A DNA stretch of 64,000 nt from Squalus acanthias. Taxonomy: Eukaryota. The position numbers were made by a program, and so were the translations under genes. Shown in pieces: positions 48,599-61,371 of the stretch (position 1 is its first letter; each line of letters opens with the position of its first letter). Under the pieces are notes generated by a model, which did no database searches, had not been told where the DNA came from, and was given only the letters and a program-made list of their open reading frames with translations. Location: the NCBI GenBank assembly GCA_030390025.1, contig CM059432.1:92630001-92694000 (forward strand), in the 5' to 3' direction.

Positions 48599-49100
48599 GT
48601 GTCAGCTGTGGCTCAGTGGGTACCACACTCGCCTCTGAGTCAGAAGGTTATGGGTTCAAGTCCCACTCCAGGGTCTTGAGCACATAAATCTAGGCTGACA
48701 CTCCAGGAACTTGAGCACATAAATCTAGGCTGACACTCCAGTGCAGTGCTGAGGGAGTGTAGCACTGTCGGAGGTGCTGTCTTTTGGATGAGACGTTAAA
48801 CCGAGGCCCCGTCTGCTCTCTCAGGTGGACGCAAAAGAGCCCATGGCACTATTTTTCGAAGAAGAGCAGGGGAGCTATCCCCGGTGTCCTGGCCAATATT
48901 TATCCCTCAATCAACATAACAAAAACAGATTATCTGGTCATTATCACATTGCTGTTTGTGGGAGCTTGCTGTGTGCAAATTGGCTGCCTGCATTTCCCAC
49001 ATTACAACAGTGACTACACTCCAAAAGTACTTCATTGGCTGTAAAGCGCTTTGAGACGTCTGGTGGTTGTGAAAGGTGCTATATAAATGCAAGTCTTTTC
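48599..49100 (+). mobile_element. Full-length tRNA-head Deu-domain SINE (SacSINE1-like) with an internal ~33-bp tandem duplication
   Basis: A box TGGCTCAGTGG, B box GGTTCAAGTCC, central GGATGAGACGTTAAACCGAGGCCCCGTCTG, L2-like tail; CTTGAGCACATAAATCTAGGCTGACACTCCAG x2 (48675-48741). A further 5' piece lies at ~49360-49505. Confidence 0.85.
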
Positions 49101-49523
49101 TTTTCCCAGCTCAGGATTCTTACCACACTGCTCCAATCTTCACACTACATCCTATTAATTTTCAGAAGAATTAATCTACAAGTAGCCATATAGCTACACC
49201 GCAATGGCAGCTGCTTTCTTGAACAGTGTAACCAGCTAAATTGTTCAGAAGAAGGGCTCTTAACAATTTCTTCTTTTGTGTCTCTGCAGTTATGGCAGAA
49301 GTTTTCTTGGGATCATCATAAGTCCAGACACCCAGAATCTCACCACGCACTTTGTCACACTGTCAGTCTTGGCTGAGTGGTAGCACTCTCGCCTCTGAAT
49401 CAGGTCATGGGTTCAAGCCCCACTCCAAAGACTTGAGCACATAATCTAGGCTAACACTTCAGTGCAGGACTGAGGGAATGCTGCAGTCAGATGTGCTGGC
49501 TTTTGAACATATCAAGTACAGTA

Positions 49524-49935
49524 ACATAGTGGTTCTGTTACTGGAATAGTAATCCAGAGGCTTGGACTAATAATCCAGAGAACACAAGTTCAAATCACAC
49601 CATGGCAGTTTGAGAATTTGAATTCAGTTAAAAAATCTGGAAATAAAGAGTTGGCATCAGCAAAAAAGTGACCATGAAGCTAGCAGATTGTTGTAAAAAC
49701 CCAAATGGTTCACTAATGTCCTTCAGGAAAAGAAATCTGCCGTCTTTACCTGACTTGACCTATATGTGACTCCACTCTCATATCAACATATTTAGCTGCC
49801 CTTTGAAGTAGCTTAGCAAGGCACTCAGTTGTATCAAACCGCTACAAAGAATACCACCTTCTCAGACCAACCAGGGATGGGCAATTAATGCTGGCCTTGC
49901 CTGTGCCGCCCACATCCTAAGAATGAATAAAATAA
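49524..49935 (+). mobile_element. tRNA-head SINE sharing both head and tail with the 54645-57350 LINE
   Basis: Head TAGTGG...GACTAATAATCCAGAG..AAGTTCAAATC; central GGTTCACTAATGTCC; tail CACCTTCTC..AGGGATGGGCAAT..ATGCTGGC..CCACATCC..AATGAAT. Confidence 0.8.
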
Positions 49936-50179
49936 ACTGCTGTGATGGGTTCTGCCACAGATCAACAGGCATGGAGGCAGGGAGCAGCGGCCAGCCAGAG
50001 TCGGCTTATGTTTCTGTCTCTCCCAACGGCAACACATCCGTAGCCTGTGCCTACCCAGGAACCGAATAGCAGGCAGGACCAGGCTGAGGTCAGAAATGTG
50101 CTGGGAAATGAGTAGGGTGGTTCTGGTGTAGATTCTTTCAGATTGCATGGTATTGGAAAGATGGTGGGAGGTGAGTAAC

Positions 50180-50610
50180 TGGTTAGGTTTGGTGGCGCTC
50201 AGGAGAATGTTTCCTCAGTTTGTTGATGTAGCTGCTGCTGGCTCCTTTGCCTATTATCTCCTGCTCATCTTTTGGACGACTCCTGCTGTTGCTTCTTAAG
50301 CTGGATGCCCCTTTAACGGCAATGTTGTGAAGCATGCAGCAAGTGACAATAACCCTTGCAGGATTGTACTGGACTGTCTGTCTCAGTCGACAAAATGCTA
50401 TTTTAGTATGCCTATGGCTTTTTTCGATGCACACTCAGGTGGTGGCATGGGCTTGTTTATACTTTTGCACCTCTATTGTTGCTAGATGACAGAGAGGGCC
50501 AAGGCAACAGTGGATAGCTGTAAAGTAATGGAGTAAAATCCCTTTCGATTCAGGTGAAGCGCACTCCTTTCTACAGGTGCATTTAAGACCATGTGTGCCA
50601 ACTAACATGG
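50180..50610 (-). mobile_element. PIF/Harbinger transposase relic with an internal deletion
   Basis: LVGTH, NRKGFYSITLQL, YKQAHATT*VCIE, QYNPARVIVTCCMLHNIA match Harbinger DDE motifs (IDGTH, NRKGxHSINVQ, YNxAHxxTRxxIE, CCxLHN). Confidence 0.75.
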
Positions 50611-51394
50611 CCTGCATTTTGAGATAACAAGTTATGTAAAAGCAATCTATTGCTCTGAACTACTGCTCATGGGGATCCATGGGAAAGTTGATGTACTAGC
50701 TGGCTTTGGCAAAGAGCAACTTGCTTAATGCAGCAGTGCATTGCTGACCGATTGCTAATTTCACCGAATTAGAAGTGGACATCCATTTTCAAGGTTTAAA
50801 GTATAATGAAATAGTACACAAGTGGCGTCTTTACTGTTTTGGATATATTGTGAAGTATACCAAAGTTTAAATTACTAATTACGGATCATTTACCTGCTCT
50901 ATGTCACATCTAGGCTCAATCGCTAAAATGTCCTCCCTCCTGTTCTTCATAAATTCTCTGGTCTGAATGCCAACCTTAGCTTCAGAACTTTGCATTTACT
51001 TGCCCATTCTCCACTCCACCTTCCACTCCATTGCCATCCATTATGAATATTTTTTGTGCATCTTTTCCATGCCTTCTCAGCTATTTTCAACTTATGCTTC
51101 CCCCCTCCCCTCAAATTTACACTACCACAAGATGATTTTTGTATATCATCTTCCAATTATCTTATTTTAGGTTTAAAAAAAACTATTTTCAGACCATTAA
51201 ACCCTGTCGTCTCTTTCTGACAGAAGTGTGCATTCCTGATTCTTGATTTTTACCCGATGTTCTATCTAGCTCAGTTATGCTCAACCTAGAAGGTCCTTTT
51301 TCTCTAGATTCCAATTCTAATAAAGAATTTATGCATAAAATGTTAACATGCCTTCTCCTTTCAGATGCTGAAAGACTGAATTTCAGATTTCTAG

Positions 51395-51453
51395 AGATTG
51401 TAATTTTTGAGAAATAGAAGCCAGATTGTAGTTTTTTGAGAAATAGAAGCCAG
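51395..51453. repeat. ~28-bp tandem duplication
   Basis: AGATTGTA(A/G)TTTTTGAGAAATAGAAGCC x2. Confidence 0.8.
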
Positions 51454-51924
51454 TGTAAGCATCATATACACTCATAGAATAATCAGATGTAAAGTTCACC
51501 CTGACTCAGGCTGCGAACGGCATCCCCTACAGAACCAGTTCAATTATTTTTATTTTCCCCCCTCAGCAGTTCTCTTTTTGTAGTCTCTTTGTGACTGCTA
51601 ATTTATAGGCCCAAACTCTTAAGGAGCTGGATTGAGACTTCCTTTTCACATGGGGAGCAACTGGCAGAGAGAAAATTTCAACCCATCGTCTGGGCTGGAT
51701 TCCAACCCAGATTCTGAAGTGAAGAGGCAGTGTTCCAGACCATCACACCACCAGTGTTTAGTTGGATGGTCAAACTCAGTTATTTGTATGTTCGTTAGTC
51801 TTCTCCAACTCAAATCATACAACACCCTAATGTTACACAATGGTGGAGCTGGTTTCAACAGTGTGTGACTAATTTTTGTCTAACTGAGTAGAAGAGCCGA
51901 GATAAAGTTTTTTGTTTGGATTAA

Positions 51925-53445
51925 AAGGATAGAGGAATAGAGCACAAAAGCAAGGAAGTTATGCTAAATCTTTATAAAACACTGGTTAGCCTGGAGTATT
52001 GTTTCAATTCTGGGCACCAAACTTTAAGAAGGATGTTAAGGCTTTGGAGAGAGTGCAGAAGAGATTTAGTAGAATGGTACTAGGGATGAGGTAACTTCAG
52101 TTACGTGGAGAGACTGGAGGAGAAGGAGGAGAACTTGTATTCAAAAAACACCTCTAAGATAGTAAAACGTCCCAAGGCGCTTCACAGGAGCGTTAACAAA
52201 ATTGACACCGACGCACATAAGGAGATATTAGGGCAGATGACCAAAAGCTTGTTCAAAGAGGTAGATTTTAAGGAGCGTCTTAAAGGAGGAAAGAGAAGTA
52301 GGGAGGCGGAGAGGTTTAGGGAGGGAATTCCTGAACTTAGGGCCTTGGCAGCTGAAGGCACGGCCGCCAATGGTGCAGCAATAAAATTGGGTATGCTCAA
52401 GAGGCCAGAATTAGAGGAGCGAAGATATCTCGGGGGTAGTTATGGGGCTGGAGGAGATTACACAGAGAGTGGCGAGGCCATGGAGGGATTTGAAGACAAG
52501 GATGAGAATTTTAAAAATCGAGACGTTGCTTAACCGGGAGCCAATGTTGGTCAGCGAGCACAGGAATGATGGGTGAATGGGAGTTGATGCAAGTTAGGAC
52601 ACGGGCAGCAGAGTTTTGGATGACTTCACGTTTACGGAGGGTAGAACTTGGGAGGCTGGCCAGGAGTGCATTAGAATAGTCAAGTCTAGAGATAACAAAG
52701 GCATGGATGAGGGTTTCAGCAGATGACCTGAGGCAGGGGCGGAGTTGGGTGATGTTACGGAGGTGGAAATAGGTGGTCTTCATGATGGCATGGATTCTGT
52801 GGTCAGAAGCTCATCTTGGGGTCAAATATGACACCATGGTTGAGAACAGTCTGGTTCAGCCTCAGACAGTTGTCAGAGGGATGCAGTCGGTGGTGAGGGA
52901 ATGGAATGTCTGGTGGGGACCAAAGATAATGGCTTCAGTCTTCCCAATATTTAGTTGGAGGAAAGTTCTGCTCATCCAGTACTGGATGTCTGACAAGCAA
53001 TCTGACAATTTAGAGACAATGGAGGGGGTCGAGAGTGGTGGTGGTGAGGTAGAGCTGGGTGTCGTAAGCGTACACATGGAAACTGACGCTGTGTTTTCAG
53101 ATGATGTCGCCAAGGGACAGCATGTAGATGAGAACTAGAAGGGGGCCAAGTATAGATCTTTGGGGGACACCAGAGATAACGGTGTGGAAACAGGAAGAGC
53201 AGCCATTGCAGGGGATTTACACAGTGAGTTGTTGTGATCTGGAATGCACTGCCCGAATGGGTGGTGGAAGCAGATTCAATAGTAACATTCAAAAGAGAAT
53301 TGGATAAATACTTGAAGGAAAAATTACAGGACTATGGGGAAAGAGCATACAAGTGGAATTAATTGGATAGCTCTACCAAAGAGCTTGCACAGGCACGATG
53401 GGCCGAATGGCCGCCTCCTCTGCTGTATCAATCTATAATTCTATA
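51925..53445. mobile_element. CR1 3' end (+; 51925-52120 and 53205-53445) split by an L2 fragment (-; 52130-53205)
   Basis: L2: SAETLIHAFVISRLDYSNALL, CLSDIQYWMS, LQLNIGKTE; the CR1 3' UTR ends GGGCCGAATGGCC...TCTATAATTCTAT. Confidence 0.85.
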
Positions 53446-54644
53446 TCATTTCACTTCCCTTCTTTAACATGTTCCTAAGAAAACTCAAAGCAAAAAACAA
53501 AACTATAGAAAATAATCAAACTGCATTGGTTCTTGAAAATGTAAAAATAAATGCTCGACACAAGCGCCACAATTAGCTAGCACTGACCAACCATGTAAAC
53601 TTTACGCATCAAAGCCCTAACACTGAAAAGATCTTGCATTTATATAGCGCCTTTCACAACCTCAGGATGTCCCAAAAGCACTTTACAGCCAATGAAGTAC
53701 TTTTGAAGTGTAGTCACTGTGCAAAGATCACAAGATAATTGTGATCAGCCCAATTTAGTTCATCCAATCAGAAATGCCCCAATCCCTTTTACAGCATCCA
53801 ATTGTTTCTTAAATAATTCCAGGGGTTTTGCCTTCACTACTCTATCTGCAAGTCCATTCCATCTGTGATCAGTGTGTGTGAAGAACTTTGAGATCAGTTT
53901 ACCAGTGTTAACCAGCATCCCTTTGTCATACTATTGCAATTTAATGCAAAGCAATATTCTGGATTTACCTTTTCCATTCCCTTAAGAATCTTGCATACCT
54001 CCAAAATCACCTCAGAGACTTCCTTTCCATACTGAAGCTCATGTCTCTCTAAATTTTTCCTCATAGCTCAGACCCCTGCCATGAGGGAATCAACCTCACG
54101 GTTCATCTTTACACTACCTCCTCCAGCACTTGCTTCGCAGTGACCAAAACCAGACAAAGTACTCAAGGTGCAATCTAACCAGAGTACTAAATAGTTTGAT
54201 CACAATTCCCTCTGAAACAGGTTTCTTTCACCTGTAATCCCAGAGCTTCCATACATTCCAGAGCCATCTACAATGGTTCATTACTTGGCTTATTTTCCTA
54301 CTGTAACTATGACTGAGTCCTTCAGAATTCTCAACCTTTATATATCATTACATGACATTCTTTCACTATATGGCATTCCTACATAGCTCACTGAGGTAAA
54401 CAAGTAATGTAGCAGAGATTACACTTGAAATATTTCTTGGCTGCTTTAAACTGTTTTCATTCTAAATTAAATTAATACAGCTCAGAGGTTCCTATCATTT
54501 TAATATTTTACATGCTTATCAGAGTGCATTTTTTTAAACCCGAACAGATCTTCCATGGTGTTGCTCACTGCAAGTCAGAGGATAAATACTCTGCAAGGAC
54601 AGGAATGCTATACCAATAATAAACAATTTATTATTCTAATTTTA

Positions 54645-57350
54645 AAAAATTCATTTATGGGATGTGGACATCGCTGGCAATGCCAGCATTTATTACCCAT
54701 CCCTAATTGCCCTCGAGAAGGTGGTGGTGAGCCGCCTTCTTGAACCGCTGCAGTGCGTGTGGTGAAGGTACTCTCTCAGTCCTGTTAGGTACGGAGTTCC
54801 AGGATTTTGACCCAGCGACGATGAAGGATCGGGGATATACTTCCAAGTCAGCATGGTGTGTGACTTGGAGGGGAACTTGGAGGTGGTGGTGTTCTCATGC
54901 ACCTGCTGCCCTCGTCCTTCTAGGTGGAAGAGGTCGCGGGTTTGGGAGGTGCTGCAGTGCATCTTGTAGATGGTACACACTGCAGCCACGGTACGCCGGT
55001 GGTGGAGGGAGTGAATGTTTAAGGTGGTTGATGGGGTGCCAATCAAGTGGGCTGCTTTGTCCTGGATGGTGTCGAGCTTCTTGAGTGTTGTTGGAGTTGT
55101 ACTCATCCAGGCAAGTGGAGAGTATTCCATCACACTCCTTACTTGTGCCGTGTAGATGGTAGAAAGGCTTTGGGGAGTCAGGAGGTGAGACACTCACTGC
55201 AGAATACCTAGCCTCTGACCTGCTCTTGTTGCCATTGTATTTATGTGGCTGGTCTAGTTAAGTTTCTGGTCCTTCAACCACCACAACCATCTTCCTTTGT
55301 GCTAGGTATGACTCCAGCCAGTGGAGCATTTACCCGCCGATTCCCATTGACTTCAGTTTTACGAGGGCTCCTTGATGCCACACTCGGTCAAATGCTGCCT
55401 TGATGTCAAGGGCAATCACTCTCACCTCACCTCTGGAATTCAGCTCCTTTGTCCATGTTTGGACCAAGGCTGTAATGAGGTCAGGAGCCGAGTGGTCTTG
55501 GCGGAACCCAAACTGGGCATCAGTGAACAGGTTATTGGTGAGTAAGTGCCGCTTGATAGCACTGTCGATGACACCTTCCATCACTTTGCTGATGGGGCGG
55601 TAATTGGCCGGGTTGGATTTGTCCTGCTTTTTGTGGACAGGACATACCTGGGCAGTTTTCCACATTGTCGGATAGATGCCAGTGTTGTAGCTGCACTGGA
55701 ACAGCTTGGCGAGAGGCGCGACTAGTTCTGGAGCATAAGTCTTCAGCACGATAGCCGGGATGTTCTCGGGTCCCATAGCCTTTGCTGTATCCAGTGCACT
55801 CAGCTGTTTCTTGATATCACGTGGCGTGAATTGAATTGGCTGAAGACTGGCTTCTGTGATGGTGGGGACCTCAGGAGTCGGCCGACATGGATCATCCACT
55901 CAGCACTTCTGGCTGAAGATGGTTGCAAACACTTCAGCCTTGTCTTTTGCATTCACGGGCTGGGCTCCACCATCATTGAGCATGGGGATATTCATGGAGT
56001 CTCCTCCTTCCGTTAGTTGTTTAATGGTCCACCACCATTCATAACTGGATGTGGCAGGACGACAGAGCTTTGATCTGATCTGTTGATTGTGGGATTGCTT
56101 AGCCCTGTCTATAGCATGCTGCTTCCGCTTTTTAGCATGCATGTAGCCCTGTGTTGCAGCTTCCCCAGATTGGCAACGCATATTTAGGTACACCTGGTAC
56201 TGCTCCTGGCATGCTCTTCTGCACTCCTTATTGAACCAGGGTTGGTTCCCTAGCTTGATGGTAATGGTAGAGTGAGGGATTATGCCAGACCATGAATTAC
56301 AGATTGTGGTGGAATACAATTCTGCTGCTGCCCTACAGCGCCACATGGATGCCCAGTTTTGAACTGCTAGATCTGTTCTGAATCTATCCCATTTAGCATG
56401 GTGGTAGTGCCACACAACACGATGGAGGGTGTCCTGGGTGTGAAGACAGGACTTCATCTCCACTATGACTGTGCGATGGTCACTGCTACCAATGGACAGA
56501 TGCATCTGCGACAGGTAGATTTCGTGAGGACGAGGTCAAGTAGGTTTTTCCCCTCGTGTTGGTTCTCTCACCACCTGTCCACAGGCCCAGACTGGCAGTT
56601 ATGTCTTTCAGGACTCGGCCAGCAGTGGTGCTACCGCGCCACTCTTGGTGATGGACATTGAAGACCCCCACCCAGAGTACATTCTGTGCCCTTGCTACTC
56701 TCAGTGCTTCTTCCAAGTGGTGTTCAACATGGAGGAGTACTGATTCATCAGCTGAGGGAGGGTGGTAGGTGGTAATCAGCAGGAAGTTTCCTTGCCTATG
56801 CTTGACCTGAAGCCATGAGACTTCACGGGGTCCAGAGTCAATGTTGAGGACTCCCTCCCAGGGCCACTCCTTCCCAACTATATACCATTGACCCACCACC
56901 CCTGGGCAGGACATACCCAGGGATGGTGATGAGGAGTTTGGGACATTGGCTGAAAGGTATGATTCTGTGAGTATGACTATGTTGCTTGATTAGTCTGTGG
57001 GACAGCACTCCCAATTTTGGCACAAGTCCCCAGATGTTGGTGAGGAGGACTTTGCAGGGTCGACTGGGCTGGGTGTGCCGTTGCAGTGTCTGGTGCCAAG
57101 GTCGATGGCGGGTGGTCCGGCAGATTTCCTTCCCTAAAACGGACATTAGTGAACCAGATGGGTTTTTACGACAATCCGATAGTTTCATAGTTACCATTAC
57201 GGATACTAGCTTTTTTTTTTAAATTCCAGATTTATTTAATTAACTGAATTAAAATTCCCCAGCGGCAGTGGTGGGATTTGAACTCACGTCTCTGGATCAT
57301 TAGTCCAGGTCTCTAGATTACTAGCCCAGTGACATTACCACTAAACTATG
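54645..57350 (-). mobile_element. CR1-group LINE (APE-RT), degenerate, with a tRNA-derived 5' head and no evident ORF1
   Basis: APE: TNIWGL, TTYHPPS, FNVHH, SDH; RT: KAMGP, PVHKKQDKSNPANYRPIS, QFGFR, LDIKAAFDRVWH, VRSVMEYS; head at 57120-57350 has B box GAGTTCAAATCC. Confidence 0.88.
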
Positions 57351-57607
57351 GGGGGATTAGTATCACCTAAGGAGACAATGTCTACACTGGCTGTCATTCA
57401 GAGCTTAATTGTTTGGTCAGGGACCTTTGCAGATTGGAATGTGGTCATTTTCAGGCAAGGTTAGAAGTAGCACAGATCTGAAGCATCCAGTAATAAGACT
57501 GTTTTGCATCAGCAATAAAGTATGAAATATTATTTTAATACATCAATGGGCCAAATCTTAATTCTGGAGAGACAAACAATTTCACAGTAAACATTTTATC
57601 AGCAATC

Positions 57608-57613
57608 TTTATT
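57608..57613 (-). terminator. Probable TPD52 poly(A) signal (3' UTR ~57585-58646)
   Basis: AATAAA on the minus strand followed by GT/T-rich sequence; a proximal AATAAA lies at 57976-57981. Confidence 0.6.
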
Positions 57614-58646
57614 AAAAGTGTTGCTTTTTCTTACAGAACATACCAAGATAGTGCTGTGACTGTACAGCATTTCATCTAGCTTAGTGAACAAAAACAAAAT
57701 TACCATTTTACAATGTTAACATTGAACTCATAAACCTCAAATATGCATTAATGCGACATCTTTTAATCAATGCCATCCATTCATTTGGTCTTCAACACTC
57801 AGACCCAAAATTCTGAACCTTAACTGCTAACTGCCAACATGCATTAAAATGAGAAGCAAGTGTACATTTATAATCACCTCTCGTAGATATAAACAGATCC
57901 AAGTCACAAAACTATAAGCCCTTACGCAAGAAAATACTTCGCCATGTATTAATGCGAAAACTAGATGAATAGGATTTTATTTTAAAACAGCAAAAGATCC
58001 ATACAATTCCATGTTGGAAGAGAATGCTAAGTAGTGGAAACTTCTGTTGAGATTATGGCATTTTCCTACAAATGTGTCTTGTACCATATAGTTGGAACAG
58101 ATAACACCTCCCAGAAGCAAGACATATCTTCCACCATGTCTTTAATAGACAGTTAATATTAATAACCTTACACAAAACATAAGCCATCACTTTTAAGCTG
58201 AGCCATAGCTTGGGTCTGCTTGTCACCAAATTCATGCCATGCAGTTTTTCAATAGTTCAAAATAATCCACCTCTGGAAAAACAGGTGTGAAAATGTAATC
58301 CATCTCAACTGAATATTACATACATCAAGATAGTTTCTCTGTGGTATAATGTGAGGCGTGGCTTTGGAACAGTCATTCAAGTCTGAGGAGCATTTATCAT
58401 CAAAAAGTATTCCACTTAAAACAAAGCAATTTTCGCTGTTGAGGGCCGAAGTAGTTTAATTAATACAAATGACAATTTTAAAATGTAGTAATCTAGGTCC
58501 AGGTCAGATCCTGTGAGCTGTTAAATACAAGATGCAATGTAGTGAGACATAGGCACAACTGATGGAAGAAAGCCATTATTTGCAACTACTAGTACTATGT
58601 GCTTGATTTGTAACGTGTCAAAGGCGAACCAGACTTAAACAGCATT

Positions 58647-58769
58647 TTAATGAGCTTCTTGAACATCTGAAACCTCTTCTGTAATGGCCTCTGTGGCACT
58701 TGCGTTTGCTGCAGAGTTTAGAACGTTCCCAAAATCACCACCTCCTTCCTTGTTGCCTGAGACCTTGGA
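58647..58769 (-). CDS. TPD52: TPD52 terminal coding exon
   Basis: SKVSGNKEGGGDFGNVLNSAANASATEAITEEVSDVQEAH* matches human SKVGGTKPAGGDFGEVLNSAANASAT; T-tract plus AAG acceptor, phase 0. Confidence 0.93.
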   Translation of the reverse strand, partial: SKVSGNKEGGGDFGNVLNSAANASATEAITEEVSDVQEAH

Positions 58770-58974
58770 CTTAAAAAAAAAGTCAAATGAATACAGACAA
58801 CTATAAAATGTGGTTAAAGTACAATGCGAAATGAGACTACTAAAAAGCACTTGTACTGAAAGTCTTGCAAATTCATTACAGTAATGATTTGACAAGCCAT
58901 TAAAAATCAGCATGGAAATGGAATTATGTTTCACAAACTTATTAAAACATCAAGCTAATACCAGTCAATGAATT

Positions 58975-59127
58975 CACAGAATCCCCACAGTGCAGATAGA
59001 GGCCATTTCGGCCCATCGAGCCTGCACCGACACATATCCCACCCTATCCCCACATATTTAATCCCCCTAACACTAAGGGTCAATTTATCATAGCCAAATC
59101 AACCTAACCCGCACATCTTTGGACTGT
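58975..59127 (-). mobile_element. HE1/V-SINE-like 3' fragment with CR1-type tail
   Basis: GGCCATTTCGGCCCATCGAG and CAACCTAACCCGCACATCTTTGGACTGT. Confidence 0.7.
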
Positions 59128-59939
59128 ATAAAAAAGCTTGACTGCACTGTACCCACGTTGAAATTAACAATCTTGCAAAATTCAAAATGGAACAAAATAT
59201 ACAGATTTTTTAGATCACTTAACTAGAAGCTCACATCTATTCTCCCTTCTACCAAAGCCCAACTAATAGTTCAAGCTACCACATAGCAGGATATCCACAA
59301 TCTCTTTTCCCATCTCACCAGATACATAAGGAAACACATACAGCCTTTCCTTCTGGCTTAATTTATGGAAATGTAACCTGTAACCTCCCACTTTGTGGAA
59401 CTGTATGTTTGCAATCAAGCAACAGTGCCACACCATTTCTTTTGAGATGACTGGCTCAGGTGCAACACAAGAGCTCAAGATCGTGCACATTTTTAAGACT
59501 ATAAGTAACAGAGGGATCCATGATCCTTCATATCATTAAACATCAGAACAAGTACTGCTGCTTTTCCACCTTCAGGCAGCACCAGATTGAATCTCCGCTG
59601 CCAACCCCAACTAAAATGGATGGAGTTGTTCCAGGTCACGGGAGCCCCTCCCTGTAACCAATATTGTTAGGGAAAGGGATCTGAAGCAGAAGGTCTCCAC
59701 GTATCAGCAAATTTGATGATTTTTTTTTTTTATAAAAGACCACACATATACACATCCATCCTCCGGGTTTACAAAGGGGGAGGCATGAGAGGCACTTCAA
59801 AGTTCTGGCACTCTACATTTTATGTCCCTGGAGCCATAGGTTTAAGCTTTGTATTAAAAAAAAGTTTTCTACACCAACCCAAGCAGTTTTTAAAAAAGTT
59901 AACAAATGCACTGTATTGCAACTTTCTTGCATCATTTAC

Positions 59940-59988
59940 CTTTAAGTTTTCAACTCTATCTTCAAATGACTTGAAAGTTGGTGAATTT
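59940..59988 (-). CDS. TPD52: TPD52 49-nt exon
   Basis: (R)NSPTFKSFEDRVENLK; TTCTTTCAG acceptor and AAG|GTAAAT donor. Confidence 0.95.
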
Positions 59989-61059
59989 CTGAAAGAATAG
60001 AAAGAAAATGTTTTAACACTTACACATCCAATAACAGAAAAAAATGACAATTTCTACCCTCATTCCAGGTTCAGCCATAACATTTTAAAAAGTCAATTTA
60101 GTTTTGTTTCCTAAACTATTGCAGAATGATAGACAGACATTCACCTTCCCCCATTTTTTTTTTAAACTAGCATTTGATAACTGTACAGGTCATACACTTG
60201 GGACAACAAAGTCGACAGAAAGCACAGTACTAACAAACAGAACTGACACAGACCAATATAAAATCAACTTTGGTGGCAATACAGAAGAGAAAGCAGTGAT
60301 GTGTACGTCCATGAATCATTTAAAAACATGCATTTAGACCATTATTTCAAAACAAAGATAGAGGATCAATGTAGTTCAATGCACAAAATGTTCAAGCAAC
60401 TTGAGTGCATCTACCCTAAAAATTATTTTAAACCTTTATCATACTACTGTAGCACTGGAGGAAAGTGAAGTTTCGAAAAAACTTGTTTAAGGCATGTTCT
60501 TCCCTTCTTTTCTTGGGACTGCCACATTACATACTATTCCCTGCTGGAAAAATGGGTGTGTTGCTTTTCGCCTTTACCAATATAGCAATGAAATCAGCAG
60601 TGAGGAGACATGCAAGAACAGCTAGTGAAACTTGGATTTGATTTTTTCTTCATCCTGAGGGGAAGTGCTTTTACTTACACTTCAGCCGAGTGTGAACCCA
60701 CACCTTACTACTCAGTTGTACAGGATGGCTGGGGTTTTGTGCAAATAGAGCAATGAGGTAATCCACACAGCTCCATCAAAAATAAACTTTCCCCTCTCTC
60801 CCACCCATCAAAACCATGCCAAAAAGGTGACCAGCAACTGAATTTAAAAGTTGTAGTTTCTACCAGCCCTGCAATGAAGGCTAAAATTTCAGATCAAGGA
60901 AAGCCACAACAGCACGATGGCCGAGTCAACATTAAAATTTGCAAACAAAACTTTCAAATATCACTGATATCTGCTAGCTACAATGTGGCTAAACACAAAT
61001 TTTAAACACAATGAATTAGCAATAACATTTTACTTCAATGTATTGTTATAATACAGTAC

Positions 61060-61101
61060 CTCATAGCAGGCATGCTAATTGAGTGTCGTAGGGAGTGAAT
61101 G
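61060..61101 (-). CDS. TPD52: TPD52 42-nt alternative exon
   Basis: (S)IHSLRHSISMPAM(R) matches the D52-family insert HSISMPAMR; TAG acceptor, GAG|GTACTG donor, phase 2-2. Confidence 0.92.
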
Positions 61102-61344
61102 CTAATCGGCCAGCATTAAGGAAACAGCAGAAAGTTAGTTTAGAAACATGTACAACTCAATTTACTATATTAAAAACAATCACTAGGAAGGCATGATGTT
61201 CTTGATGCAACTGTTCAGCAGACTACCCTTCCACATACAACATTACAACCAGCCATGCATTTCTATTTCCAAGTAACGTTTAGTTTCACAAATTGTACAC
61301 TGATTGATTTTGTACTTCAATATTTAAAAGTTCACCTTTCTTAC

Positions 61345-61371
61345 CTAAAAGAATGTGAAAAAGCATGTAAT
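61345..61371 (-). CDS. TPD52: TPD52 27-nt alternative microexon
   Basis: LHAFSHSF(S), compare human LQAFSHSFS; CTGCAG acceptor, TAG|GTAAGA donor, phase 2-2. Confidence 0.9.
   Translation of the reverse strand: MTCFFTFF

Noticed and set aside
48599..48672. tRNA gene
   Set aside because: It is a SINE head: continues into a repeat body and lacks a proper acceptor stem and terminator.
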